DNA of 64,000 bases from Myxococcales bacterium (GTDB lineage Bacteria > Myxococcota_A > UBA9042 > UBA3505). Location of the stretch: the NCBI GenBank assembly GCA_002728755.1, contig PBVT01000100.1, positions 4,484 through 68,483 on the forward strand, given 5' to 3'. Position numbers and translations under genes: made by a program. Numbering within the stretch: the first letter of the stretch is position 1; every line of letters starts with the position of its first letter. The notes beneath the pieces were generated by a model. The model was not told the DNA's origin, ran no database searches, and worked only from the letters and a program-made list of their open reading frames with translations. Of the stretch, positions 1-8,550 are shown in pieces.

Positions 1-425
1 TTCTACGCCGGGGACTTCACCGATATTACCAATGTGTTCGAGCGTTTCCGCTCACTCTGGAGGGCTTCAAGGAATCCGTCTACGACTACACGGAAGACTC
101 CGGTTATTTTTTTGAATCGGGAATCAAAGACAGTACTCGATACATTCGCGACAACCACGAGCTTCTTGTCTACATCGCCGAAACCGTAGATGCGGCCGAT
201 ACAGCGGAACCCATCGTTCGAGAGACGGAGATCATGCTTGGCGGAAGCCGATCCGATGGAGCCCTTGATTTCCTGGTCTATGACCACGACGGCAAGCTCA
301 TGGATCGTAGTCCTTTCATGGCCTTCTCTGGAGATACGGTTGTAGGGTCGGCTCCCTACACTTGTATGAGCTGTCATATTATACCTGGAGAGTTCAGTTT
401 TGGACGGGTCTTTCCAGATATGTGA
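1..425 (+). CDS. C-terminal fragment of a protein truncated by the window edge; contains a CXXCH (CMSCH) c-type heme-binding motif near its C-terminus
   Basis: Plus-strand frame 3 is open from the window start to a TGA at 423-425. Its translation (…YTCMSCHIIPGEF) looks protein-like, whereas the overlapping minus-strand ORF 3..377 is Arg/Ser-rich and less so. Confidence 0.35.
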   Translation, partial: LRRGLHRYYQCVRAFPLTLEGFKESVYDYTEDSGYFFESGIKDSTRYIRDNHELLVYIAETVDAADTAEPIVRETEIMLGGSRSDGALDFLVYDHDGKLMDRSPFMAFSGDTVVGSAPYTCMSCHIIPGEFSFGRVFPDM

Positions 426-474
426 GCCAATCCCAAACGCCTACCAGAGCCCTCACCCAATACGGAGAAAGAGC

Positions 475-1713
475 GTGTATACACGAACCTATCTGCCTAT
501 CCTTTTCCTTCTTAGCCTTGGAATTTCCCCCCTGATGGCTTGTTCCGGAAATGGCGATACCGACGCCGACGTTTTGAGTGACGCTGGCACTGCTGAAGAC
601 ACCGAGACCACGGCTGAAACGGTAGATACGACAACCACCAACGATCCAGGCACAGCAACGGATAATGCCGACCCGGTAGATACCTCCATCTGTCCGCCGG
701 ATGACTGTGGCGGTTGGTATGTAGGAATTCCCCTGCCAGAGGCTCGCACACTTCATACCACAACTCTTCTGCCCGATGGCCGGCTTCTTGTTATAGGTGG
801 CTCCGATTCCAGTGAAACCCCCCTTACCCAATCCAAAATCTATGATCTGGAAGAGATGGAGTGGAAAAATACCGGCTCGATGAGTGCCTGGCGTGAATCA
901 CACCGAAGTGTACTCCTGAACGATGGACGTGTGCTCGCCATAGGCGGAAACCCGACCAGTCCGTCCCAGAGCGCAGAGATCTGGGATCCCGCGACCGGAT
1001 TCTTTGGTGGGGTCGCCAACCTCTCCGTAGGACGAAGCGGCCATACGGCCACCCTGCTTCCCAATGGTGAAGTACTCGTCGCTGGTGGAATTGGCGGAAC
1101 TCAGCTCAACACAACCGAGCGTTTTGATCCGGAGAACCATACATGGGCCGATGCGGATCCAATGAATGTTCCACGAGCGTACCATACAGCCACATCTCTG
1201 CCGGACGGTCGTATCCTTGTAACCGGAGGAACCACGGCTACAGGCCAGGAGAGTTCTAGCGCAGAAATCTACGATCCAGAGTCGGATTCATGGACCCCGA
1301 TTACCAGCATGAAAAAAGCACGGTATCGACACACGGCCAGCCTGTTAACCGATGGGCGCGTACTCGTAGCCGGCTCCTTCCAGCAGTCCAGCGCCGAGAT
1401 CTACGACCCAGAATCGAACACATGGACGACCGTCAATGATCTCCTTAAACCACGATATAACCACACTGCGACAGTCCTCCCAGATGGTCGGGTATTTATC
1501 GTCGGTGGGTACAATATGGCCGACCATAAGATTGGCAGCACTGAGATCTTCGACCCGGCCACCCTTAGCTTCACCGAAGGCGCACCTCTGAATACTCCTC
1601 GCGAGGAACACACAGCGACATGGATCGAAGCAGCTGGCCAACTCTATATTATTGGCGGCCGAGGACCCGAGGGGAACACTGATAGTGTAGAAATCTACAT
1701 CCCCGGGGAGTAA
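475..1713 (+). CDS. Kelch-repeat (galactose-oxidase-like beta-propeller) lipoprotein
   Basis: The ORF track gives 400..1713. A GTG at 475 lies after a GGAG Shine-Dalgarno and starts a lipoprotein signal (MYTRTYLPILFLLSLGISPLMAC). Downstream are repeated GG/DGR-type Kelch blades (LPDGRLLVIGG, LNDGRVLAIGG, LPNGEVLVAGG and others). Confidence 0.65.
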   Translation: MYTRTYLPILFLLSLGISPLMACSGNGDTDADVLSDAGTAEDTETTAETVDTTTTNDPGTATDNADPVDTSICPPDDCGGWYVGIPLPEARTLHTTTLLPDGRLLVIGGSDSSETPLTQSKIYDLEEMEWKNTGSMSAWRESHRSVLLNDGRVLAIGGNPTSPSQSAEIWDPATGFFGGVANLSVGRSGHTATLLPNGEVLVAGGIGGTQLNTTERFDPENHTWADADPMNVPRAYHTATSLPDGRILVTGGTTATGQESSSAEIYDPESDSWTPITSMKKARYRHTASLLTDGRVLVAGSFQQSSAEIYDPESNTWTTVNDLLKPRYNHTATVLPDGRVFIVGGYNMADHKIGSTEIFDPATLSFTEGAPLNTPREEHTATWIEAAGQLYIIGGRGPEGNTDSVEIYIPGE

Positions 1714-1937
1714 CCATAGACACCTCGACTTTGAGGTCTCTTAAGACCCAGGGGTTCACGCTGACCGCAAAATGCAGCGATTTTCCCTATGGATCAGAGC
1801 GGTTCCACTCGCGGGAATGCCGGCAAGCCCACAAAAAAACATGCCGAGCATGTGCCGGCCGTAAGCAACTGTTTTCAAACAGTATTCACAGGATAACGTG
1901 AAGCCTGTTTGGCGGCTAAATGTTGCACAAAATACGT

Positions 1938-1955
1938 GTTTCGACCGGTCGAAAC
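1938..1955. promoter_or_regulatory. Perfect 18-nt palindrome GTTTCGACCGGTCGAAAC, a candidate operator or activator site 7 nt upstream of the putative sigma54 -24 element
   Basis: Read directly from the sequence. It sits in a 313-nt intergenic region and is not followed by a T-run, so it is not an intrinsic terminator. Confidence 0.35.
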
Positions 1956-1961
1956 CAAACC

Positions 1962-1977
1962 TGGCACAGCCTATGCA
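1962..1977 (+). promoter_or_regulatory. Candidate sigma54 (-24/-12) promoter TGGCAC-N5-aTGCA upstream of the OMP gene
   Basis: TGGCACagcctATGCA has GG and GC spaced exactly 12 nt apart, as in the TGGCACG-N4-TTGCW consensus. It lies about 50 nt upstream of the ATG at 2027, and a sigma54 activator is encoded in the window. Confidence 0.4.
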
Positions 1978-2026
1978 ATATTGTCAGACCAGTTTGTATT
2001 TATTTTGGTTTTTTGTGAGGCTCATT

Positions 2027-2674
2027 ATGCGACGGATTCTAGTTATTATTGCAGTATTCTTTGTTCTTGCTCCCGGACTCGCACACGCCAAAGCCTTAGA
2101 TTGGTTTGGTATGGGTATTGGCACCGGTGGTGGATACCAACAAGCCTCCGGGATAGGAACTGACGCCTCCAGTGGCGTAATCTCTGAACTCAATGTTCGC
2201 GTCGATCTTCTCCAGGTACTGGGTGTCGATTTCGCGTACAATATGGGCGATCTAACAAATCCCGGCTCCCATGACGGATTAGTATATGACGCTCGTTACC
2301 GGCTCTCCGCTCTCCTACACGTCGTCCCTACGGGCGTAGGTTCCCTTTATCTCAAAGCAGGTATTGGCGGTCACCAGATGGACGAGATCGTACAGGTACA
2401 GTCTATGGGTAACTCCTATCACGCAGGTGGTGGATTGGAACTGTACATCGCCGGTGGTGTCGCTCTCTCCTTTGAATATCTGATGTTGTTACCGGGCGCG
2501 GCGAGCGTCGAGCGCGTCTTGTATGCATCCGAACAATCAAGCAACGATCCTTTTTCACAGACCTTTGGAGCTCTCTCGGCTGCGGAAGGTTTGGAATCAG
2601 GTCTCCCCCAATTGAGCGACTTCGTCAGCGCTAGTAACTTCCAGGCGACAACAAGCCTGAAATATTACTTCTGA
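2027..2674 (+). CDS. Small outer-membrane beta-barrel protein (OmpW/OmpA-like porin family)
   Basis: Start with signal peptide MRRILVIIAVFFVLAPGLAHA. The body has alternating amphipathic Gly/Tyr-rich beta-strand patterns and ends in a C-terminal aromatic (…KYYF) typical of OMP beta-barrels. The ORF-track start at 1898 is probably too far upstream. Confidence 0.55.
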   Translation: MRRILVIIAVFFVLAPGLAHAKALDWFGMGIGTGGGYQQASGIGTDASSGVISELNVRVDLLQVLGVDFAYNMGDLTNPGSHDGLVYDARYRLSALLHVVPTGVGSLYLKAGIGGHQMDEIVQVQSMGNSYHAGGGLELYIAGGVALSFEYLMLLPGAASVERVLYASEQSSNDPFSQTFGALSAAEGLESGLPQLSDFVSASNFQATTSLKYYF

Positions 2675-2718
2675 TTCTCCTCCAGTTTCTGCTCCACAAG
2701 GCGCGTATGACGAGTCAA

Positions 2719-2768
2719 ACGGCCGGGTCCCCTGTTGCTGGTGGGGCCCGGCCGTTCTTTCTTTTTTG
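2719..2768 (+). terminator. Rho-independent terminator after the OMP gene
   Basis: GC-rich hairpin ACGGCCGGGTCCCC…GGGGCCCGGCCGT followed by TCTTTCTTTTTTGG. Confidence 0.6.
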
Positions 2769-2839
2769 GGCTGTTCCGACAACGAAATTACTTTTAGGTT
2801 TGAAAAACATCGCGATTTGGAATAGATACGCCTCTCCTT

Positions 2840-2915
<76 letters not shown>

Positions 2916-2918
2916 GTG

Positions 2919-2953
2919 AATGCCCAACATCAATCAACTTGGTGTTGGGCATT
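2919..2953. terminator. Hairpin between the tRNA-Pro 3' end and the convergent mutase gene stop; possible bidirectional terminator
   Basis: AATGCCCAACA-(13 nt loop)-TGTTGGGCATT followed by TCTGTAT. Confidence 0.4.
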
Positions 2954-2968
2954 TCTGTATGGAGTGAA

Positions 2969-4642
2969 TCAGAGATACCCAGGATCGGTATAGCTGGTCC
3001 AGACGTCACGAAATACGTCGCTTATTTCACCGACCGTAGCGCCTGCTCGCGCCGCGTCGAGAACGGCCTCCATCAGATTATCGGTTCCCTCACAGGCGGC
3101 TCGTACTTTTTCGATCGCTTCTGCATGGGCCGCAACGTCACGGCGTTCTTTGAACTCTTTGAGTCTTTCCAGCTGGCTCGCCTCAACTTCCGTCTCGATC
3201 TCCAGCGTGGGTATGGACGACTCGTCGCTTTCGACATAGCGGTTCACGCCCACCATGATCTGGTCTTCATCTTCCAGCTGTCGTTGGAATTCATACGCGC
3301 TACGACCAATCTCTCGCTGGGGCCAGCCCTGCTCTACCGCCTCAACCATTCCACCCAGAGCATCAATCTTTTCGATAATTGCCAAGGCTTCGGCTTCCAT
3401 CCGGTTGGTGAGATCCTCTATGAAATACGAACCGGCGAGGGGATCAACCGTATTGGTCACACCCGTCTCATCGGCAATCAACTGTTGGGTGCGAAGCGCC
3501 AGCCGGGCCGCGTCTTCCGTGGGCAAGGCGTAGGTCTCATCCATGCTGTTTGTATGAAGAGACTGGGTCCCACCGAGTACAGCCGCGAGGGCCTGAATCG
3601 CCACCCGTACAACATTGTTCATCGGTTGCTGTGCGGTCAACGACACGCCCGCCGTCTGCGCATGCGTACGAAGCATCAACGACTTGGGGTTTTTGGCGTT
3701 GTACCGTGACTTCATAAGCCGCGCCCACAAGCGCCGTCCTGCTCGGAACTTGGCGATCTCTTCAAAGAAGTCGTTATGCACGTCAAAGAAGAAGGAAAGA
3801 CGAGGCGCAAAACTGTCCACATCGAGACCGGCCTCAATCCCTGAATCGACGTAGGCCAGCCCATCGGCCAGCGTAAAGGCCAGCTCCTGAACCGCCGTCG
3901 CTCCCGCCTCCCGAATATGGTAGCCACTAATCGAGATCGTATTCCAGCGCGGCATATGCTTGGTGCAATAGACGAGCATATCGCGAATAATACGCATGCT
4001 GGGACGGGGTGGTACGATCCACTCTTTCTGCGCGATAAACTCTTTCAAGATATCCGCTTGGAGAGTGCCCCCCAGCTTATCGGGTGTAATCCCACGCTTC
4101 TCGGCAACCGCAACGTAATAGGCCAAAAGGATAATTGCGGGTCCATTGATCGTCATCGACGTCGTGACCTTTGTAAGGTCAATCCCGTCGAATAAGCGCT
4201 CCATATCCTCCAGGGTGGCGACAGAGACACCTTCGCGGCCCACTTCTCCAAGACTAAGAGCGTGATCTGGATCGCGTCCCATGAGCGTCGGCATATCAAA
4301 AGCCGTCGACAATCCAGTCTGGCCGGCTTCAAGTAACATTTTGAAACGTCGATTCGTGTCCTCGGGCGTACCAAAACCAGCAAACATACGCATGGTCCAG
4401 AGTCGACCACGGTACATGGTGGGATACGGACCCCTGGTAAATGGATATTCTCCAGGCAGGCCAATCTGGTTCATATACTCTTCATCCAGATCTTCAGGAA
4501 CCCCCAGTAGGGGAACACTCAAACCCGACATGGTGGAAAAGGACGACTTCCTCTGTGTCCATTTTTCCGCTACATGTTTTTCCCATTCGGGAAGGGAAAT
4601 TGTCGAATCGTTGCCCTTGTCCGTCATTGGCCTACCCTTCAT
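2969..4642 (-). CDS. Methylmalonyl-CoA mutase family, catalytic (substrate-binding TIM-barrel) subunit without a fused B12-binding domain
   Basis: 557 aa. Conserved MCM catalytic-domain motifs are present (…[34 protein letters not shown]…[15 protein letters not shown]…). The length matches the stand-alone large subunits such as the IcmA/MeaA/McmA N-domain. Confidence 0.85.
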   Translation of the reverse strand: MKGRPMTDKGNDSTISLPEWEKHVAEKWTQRKSSFSTMSGLSVPLLGVPEDLDEEYMNQIGLPGEYPFTRGPYPTMYRGRLWTMRMFAGFGTPEDTNRRFKMLLEAGQTGLSTAFDMPTLMGRDPDHALSLGEVGREGVSVATLEDMERLFDGIDLTKVTTSMTINGPAIILLAYYVAVAEKRGITPDKLGGTLQADILKEFIAQKEWIVPPRPSMRIIRDMLVYCTKHMPRWNTISISGYHIREAGATAVQELAFTLADGLAYVDSGIEAGLDVDSFAPRLSFFFDVHNDFFEEIAKFRAGRRLWARLMKSRYNAKNPKSLMLRTHAQTAGVSLTAQQPMNNVVRVAIQALAAVLGGTQSLHTNSMDETYALPTEDAARLALRTQQLIADETGVTNTVDPLAGSYFIEDLTNRMEAEALAIIEKIDALGGMVEAVEQGWPQREIGRSAYEFQRQLEDEDQIMVGVNRYVESDESSIPTLEIETEVEASQLERLKEFKERRDVAAHAEAIEKVRAACEGTDNLMEAVLDAARAGATVGEISDVFRDVWTSYTDPGYL

Positions 4643-4748
4643 TTTTCGAAGGCTGATTTACCATGTATGACGTTGGAAACACAACGAAAAACAAGTGTAA
4701 TAACACGTCCCATACCCTCTGGAATCCCACAGAAACAGCGTATGCACG

Positions 4749-4777
4749 TTGACACTCAAGTTCGTCGCACGTAAAAG
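4749..4777 (+). promoter_or_regulatory. Sigma70-like promoter for nuoA: TTGACA-N17-TAAAAG
   Basis: Perfect -35 TTGACA at 4749-4754, a 17-nt spacer, and -10 TAAAAG at 4772-4777, placed 52 nt upstream of the nuoA ATG. Confidence 0.4.
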
Positions 4778-4793
4778 GGCGCTAGCGCCCTTT
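4774..4793. promoter_or_regulatory. Perfect 20-nt palindrome AAAGGGCGCTAGCGCCCTTT overlapping the -10/+1 region of the nuoA promoter; candidate operator or 5' UTR hairpin
   Basis: Read directly from the sequence. It lies between the divergent mutase and nuoA genes, so a terminator role is unlikely. Confidence 0.4.
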
Positions 4794-4828
4794 ATCGCAC
4801 TTCACGACCCGTCGTCCCAAGTGAACGA

Positions 4829-5209
4829 ATGAACCCTATATATGATCCATATCTACCTCTGGGTATTTTATTGCTCCTGGCCATCGGTCTTGGACTGGCA
4901 ATCATCTTCCTGAATGGCATTCTAGGTCCGAAGCGGATGTCGAAGGAAAAGTCCACTCCCTTCGAATGCGGGAATGATCCAGGAACAAATCCGCGTCAAC
5001 GATTCGACGTAAAGTTCTATCTCACAGCCTTATTCTTCATCATTTTTGATGTGGAAGTGGTCTTTCTCTTTCCCTGGGCAGTGCTTTATCGAGAGCAGTT
5101 GCTAGCAGGGAATGGCTGGTTTTTCTTTGCAGAGATGGTGTTCTTCCTTGGAATCCTGACGGTAGGCCTCGCCTATGTCTGGAAACGTGGCGCGTTGGAT
5201 TGGGAGTAG
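4829..5209 (+). CDS. nuoA: NADH-quinone oxidoreductase subunit A
   Basis: 126 aa with three TM helices and conserved NuoA motifs (PFECG…DVEVVFLFPWA). Confidence 0.9.
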   Translation: MNPIYDPYLPLGILLLLAIGLGLAIIFLNGILGPKRMSKEKSTPFECGNDPGTNPRQRFDVKFYLTALFFIIFDVEVVFLFPWAVLYREQLLAGNGWFFFAEMVFFLGILTVGLAYVWKRGALDWE

Positions 5210-5213
5210 AGTT

Positions 5214-5726
5214 ATGAGCGATGCCCTCGTCAAAGCTATACAGTCCCGCTTCGGAGACGCCGTCCTGGCCAGCCATGCTATGGCTGGCGACGATACCGTT
5301 ATCTTACGCAAGGACTCCCTGGTGGATGTCTGCCGGTATCTCCGAGAAGACCCATCGTGCCAGATGGAAATGTTGGTCGATGTCACGGCCGTCGATTGGC
5401 AGGATAAAAAAGAAGAACGCTTCGAGGTCGTGTATCACCTGCACAGCCTCTCGCTGAACCACCGTCTTCGAATCAAAGTCGGTGTATCCGAAGATGACCT
5501 TACTGTTCCAACCCTGACAGGGGTATGGCGTGGCGCCAATTGGCCGGAACGAGAAACCTGGGACATGTATGGGATTCGATTTGATGGACATCCCGATCTC
5601 CGAAGACTCCTTCTCTACCCAGAGTTTGAAGGTCATCCACTTCGGAAGGACTACCCCGTGCGCGGGTACCAACCACTGGTAGAGATGCCGTCTCTTCCTG
5701 TCGATCGCGAAGATTCTGAGGAGTAG
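5214..5726 (+). CDS. nuoC: NADH-quinone oxidoreductase subunit C (30 kDa)
   Basis: ATG at 5214 lies 5 nt after the nuoA stop. NuoC family motifs are present (…ERETWDMYGIRFDGHPDLRRLL…). Confidence 0.9.
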   Translation: MSDALVKAIQSRFGDAVLASHAMAGDDTVILRKDSLVDVCRYLREDPSCQMEMLVDVTAVDWQDKKEERFEVVYHLHSLSLNHRLRIKVGVSEDDLTVPTLTGVWRGANWPERETWDMYGIRFDGHPDLRRLLLYPEFEGHPLRKDYPVRGYQPLVEMPSLPVDREDSEE

Positions 5727-5733
5727 ATCGGCC

Positions 5734-6945
5734 ATGACTGTATACGGAAAAGAAGGACACACGACGGTTGACCATCTGCATACCCGCGAGATGGTGCTCA
5801 ATATGGGCCCATCCCACCCGGCCATGCACGGAACGGTCAAAATGATTCTCACCCTCGACGGGGAAACCATCAAAGATGCCGACATTCATGTGGGTTATCT
5901 TCATCGGGGATTCGAGAAGATGTGCGAGGAGCAGACCTGGAATCAGGTCATGCCCTATACAGATCGCCTCAACTACTCGTCGCCGCTGATCAATAATATG
6001 GGCTATGCGATGGCCGTAGAAAAGATCGCAGGCATCGAGATCACCCCACGGTGTCGATGGATTCGAACTCTAGCGTCTGAGCTAAGTCGCGTTACCGACC
6101 ACATCACCTGCATTGGTGCGCAGGCTCTCGAATTAGCAGCCTATTCTCCCTTCCTATACGGAGTCGAGGCTCGTGAGTTGCTCTACCAGCTCATCGAAGA
6201 GCTTACCGGCGCGCGACTCACAGTTAGCTATGCTCGTATTGGCGGGCTGCGACACGATCTGACGGATACTTTTGAGGCCCATTACCGCGAACGGTTACCT
6301 CGAATACATCAGCTCATGGAAGATGTTCACCGCCTGCTAACAAAGAATCGTATCTATTATGATCGTATGGCAGGAACAGGAGTCATCTCGGCAGAGGATG
6401 CCATCGACTATGGTTTCTCCGGCCCAGTACTACGCAGTACTGGCGTCGCCTATGATGTACGAAAAAATGCCCCCTATCTTGCGTATGGTGACGTCGACTT
6501 TGAAGTACCAGTCGGTAGTGAAGGGGATAATTACGACCGGTATCTGATCCGTGTTGAAGAGGTGAAACAATCTCTCAGCATCATCGATCAATGCTTCAAG
6601 AATATGCCCGACGGTCCCGTAAATATTGAAGACTGGAACGTGGTCCTGCCTCCGAAAGAAGAGGTCTACAACACCATTGAGGGGATGATCGCCCATTTCA
6701 AGATCATCATGCACGGAAGTGATATCCCCGAGGGGGAAGCGTACAGCTACGTGGAAGGTGCCAACGGTGAGTTGGGCTTCTATGTAGTCAGTGACGGCGG
6801 CCGTGGCCCATACAAAATGCACGTACGTGGACCGAGCCTGCATCTGATGCAGGGGATCCATGAAATGATGCTCGGCGGCATGATCGCCGACCTTGTACCT
6901 ACTTTCGACTCGATCAATATGATCGGGGGCGAAATTGATCGCTGA
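5734..6945 (+). CDS. nuoD: NADH-quinone oxidoreductase subunit D (49 kDa)
   Basis: 403 aa. Motifs LNMGPSHPAMHGT…RGFEK…DR and a C-terminal …HVRGPS match NuoD and [NiFe]-hydrogenase large-subunit homologues. Confidence 0.9.
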   Translation: MTVYGKEGHTTVDHLHTREMVLNMGPSHPAMHGTVKMILTLDGETIKDADIHVGYLHRGFEKMCEEQTWNQVMPYTDRLNYSSPLINNMGYAMAVEKIAGIEITPRCRWIRTLASELSRVTDHITCIGAQALELAAYSPFLYGVEARELLYQLIEELTGARLTVSYARIGGLRHDLTDTFEAHYRERLPRIHQLMEDVHRLLTKNRIYYDRMAGTGVISAEDAIDYGFSGPVLRSTGVAYDVRKNAPYLAYGDVDFEVPVGSEGDNYDRYLIRVEEVKQSLSIIDQCFKNMPDGPVNIEDWNVVLPPKEEVYNTIEGMIAHFKIIMHGSDIPEGEAYSYVEGANGELGFYVVSDGGRGPYKMHVRGPSLHLMQGIHEMMLGGMIADLVPTFDSINMIGGEIDR

Positions 6946-6954
6946 GTGATATCC

Positions 6955-8550
6955 ATGCCGACGCTGAAGATAAATGACCAAGAGGTTACCGTCGAACAGG
7001 GAACCACTGTACTCAAGGCCGCAGCCGAGACCGGAGTAGAGATCCCGACGTTCTGTTACCACCCGGGACTCTCCGCACCGGCCAACTGCCGTATGTGCCT
7101 TGTAGAGATTGACGGTGGTCGTGGTCCCCAACTCATGCCTGCCTGTTATACCCAGGCCGGTGAGGGTATGGACGTAAAAACGGACAGCCCCACGACGAAA
7201 GACGCGCAGAAGTCGGTGCTGGAATTCATCCTGCTCAACCACCCTGTGGATTGTCCCATATGTGACCAGGCAGGAGAATGTACTCTGCAGGATCACTACT
7301 TCGACTATTCGGCCCAACCCTCTCGACTTCGGCACACCAAGGTACATAAACCCAAGGTGAAGGTGCTGGGTCCCAACATTGTTCTGGATGCAGAGCGATG
7401 CATTCTATGTACTCGCTGCGTTCGGTTCTGTGATGAAGTCACCGAAACGCACGAACTACGCGTCACGCAGAGAGGGGACCATAGTGAGATCACAACCTTC
7501 CCTGGGCTCGATCTCGATAATAAGTATAGCCTTTGTACCGCAGATATTTGTCCCGTCGGTGCACTGACCAGCCGAGGATTCCGATTCAAGGCTCGTGTTT
7601 GGAACAACAAACGCACTAAGAGCGTCTGTGACCAATGCGCACGGAACTGCTCCACTTTTGTGGACACCCTTCGAAACGACGTCAAACGAGTCAGCCCTCG
7701 TACGAACGAAGAGGTCAACAGCTGGTGGGCCTGCGACGAGGGGCGTACTGCCTTCAAAAAATATCAGGAAGGCCGGTATCTGAAGGGAGTCATCTCCCAC
7801 GAAGGAACCACGAATGAGTTGGCACCATCGGATAGCTATCATCGCCTTGGAAGCCAGCTGAGCCAGACGGTAGAAGCCCACGGTGGAGAAGCCGTCGGTA
7901 TTCTTATTCACCCCTCCTGGTCGAACGAAGATATCTTTGTAGCGGCTCAATTCGCTATGGAGGCCGGCTTTAGCCTCTATGTGGGAGGACGGGCTACGGA
8001 TGGGTATGAAGACAACATCCTGATCCGTGGTGATAAGAACGCGAATCGATACGGTATGAACCTCATACTCGAGGCTATGGGAGTCAAACATGGTGGCGTG
8101 GATAGTCTGGCCGCCGCTATCGAGGCTGGCACCATCCGCACTCTTTTGATTCTGGATGGCGAACATGCCCTACCCGAATCCGTCATCACATCCATCGGCC
8201 AGGTTGAGAAAGTGATCGCATTGGCTGCTTGGCAAACACCCATTTTGGATGCTGCACATGTAATCGCGCCTACCCGCCTTGTGTATGAACGTGGTGGTAC
8301 CTTCGTAAATTTCGAAGGTCATATACAGCGGTTCCATAAGACGCAGATGCACGACGTCAATATTCTATCTCCTTGGCACGCCCTCTCGACCATCGCGCGA
8401 GCCGGTGGCTGGGATATGCAATACGATCGTATATCCGACGTCTTTGCTGGAATGGCGGAGATGGTCCCACGGTTTGCTGGGCTCGCCTATCAAGAATTGC
8501 CGGATGACGGAGTTACCACCGTCCAGGCCGCGTCTACAGGAGCGGTCTAA
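6955..8550 (+). CDS. nuoG: NADH-quinone oxidoreductase subunit G (75 kDa), short form
   Basis: N-terminal 2Fe-2S ferredoxin fold (CYHPGLSAPANCRMC), His-ligated 4Fe-4S motif (HPVDCPICDQAGEC) and CILCTRCVRFC are present. At 531 aa the C-terminal molybdopterin-like domain is much reduced. Confidence 0.85.
   Translation: MPTLKINDQEVTVEQGTTVLKAAAETGVEIPTFCYHPGLSAPANCRMCLVEIDGGRGPQLMPACYTQAGEGMDVKTDSPTTKDAQKSVLEFILLNHPVDCPICDQAGECTLQDHYFDYSAQPSRLRHTKVHKPKVKVLGPNIVLDAERCILCTRCVRFCDEVTETHELRVTQRGDHSEITTFPGLDLDNKYSLCTADICPVGALTSRGFRFKARVWNNKRTKSVCDQCARNCSTFVDTLRNDVKRVSPRTNEEVNSWWACDEGRTAFKKYQEGRYLKGVISHEGTTNELAPSDSYHRLGSQLSQTVEAHGGEAVGILIHPSWSNEDIFVAAQFAMEAGFSLYVGGRATDGYEDNILIRGDKNANRYGMNLILEAMGVKHGGVDSLAAAIEAGTIRTLLILDGEHALPESVITSIGQVEKVIALAAWQTPILDAAHVIAPTRLVYERGGTFVNFEGHIQRFHKTQMHDVNILSPWHALSTIARAGGWDMQYDRISDVFAGMAEMVPRFAGLAYQELPDDGVTTVQAASTGAV

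Noticed and set aside
3-377. 124-aa minus-strand ORF at the window start
   Set aside because: It is less protein-like than the overlapping plus-strand frame, which carries a CXXCH motif and runs to the window edge. It is kept only as the alternative.
6430-8166. Long minus-strand ORFs 6430..7347 (305 aa) and 7456..8166 (236 aa)
   Set aside because: They are antisense to the well-supported nuoD and nuoG genes and have no family resemblance. They are chance ORFs in a GC-rich region.
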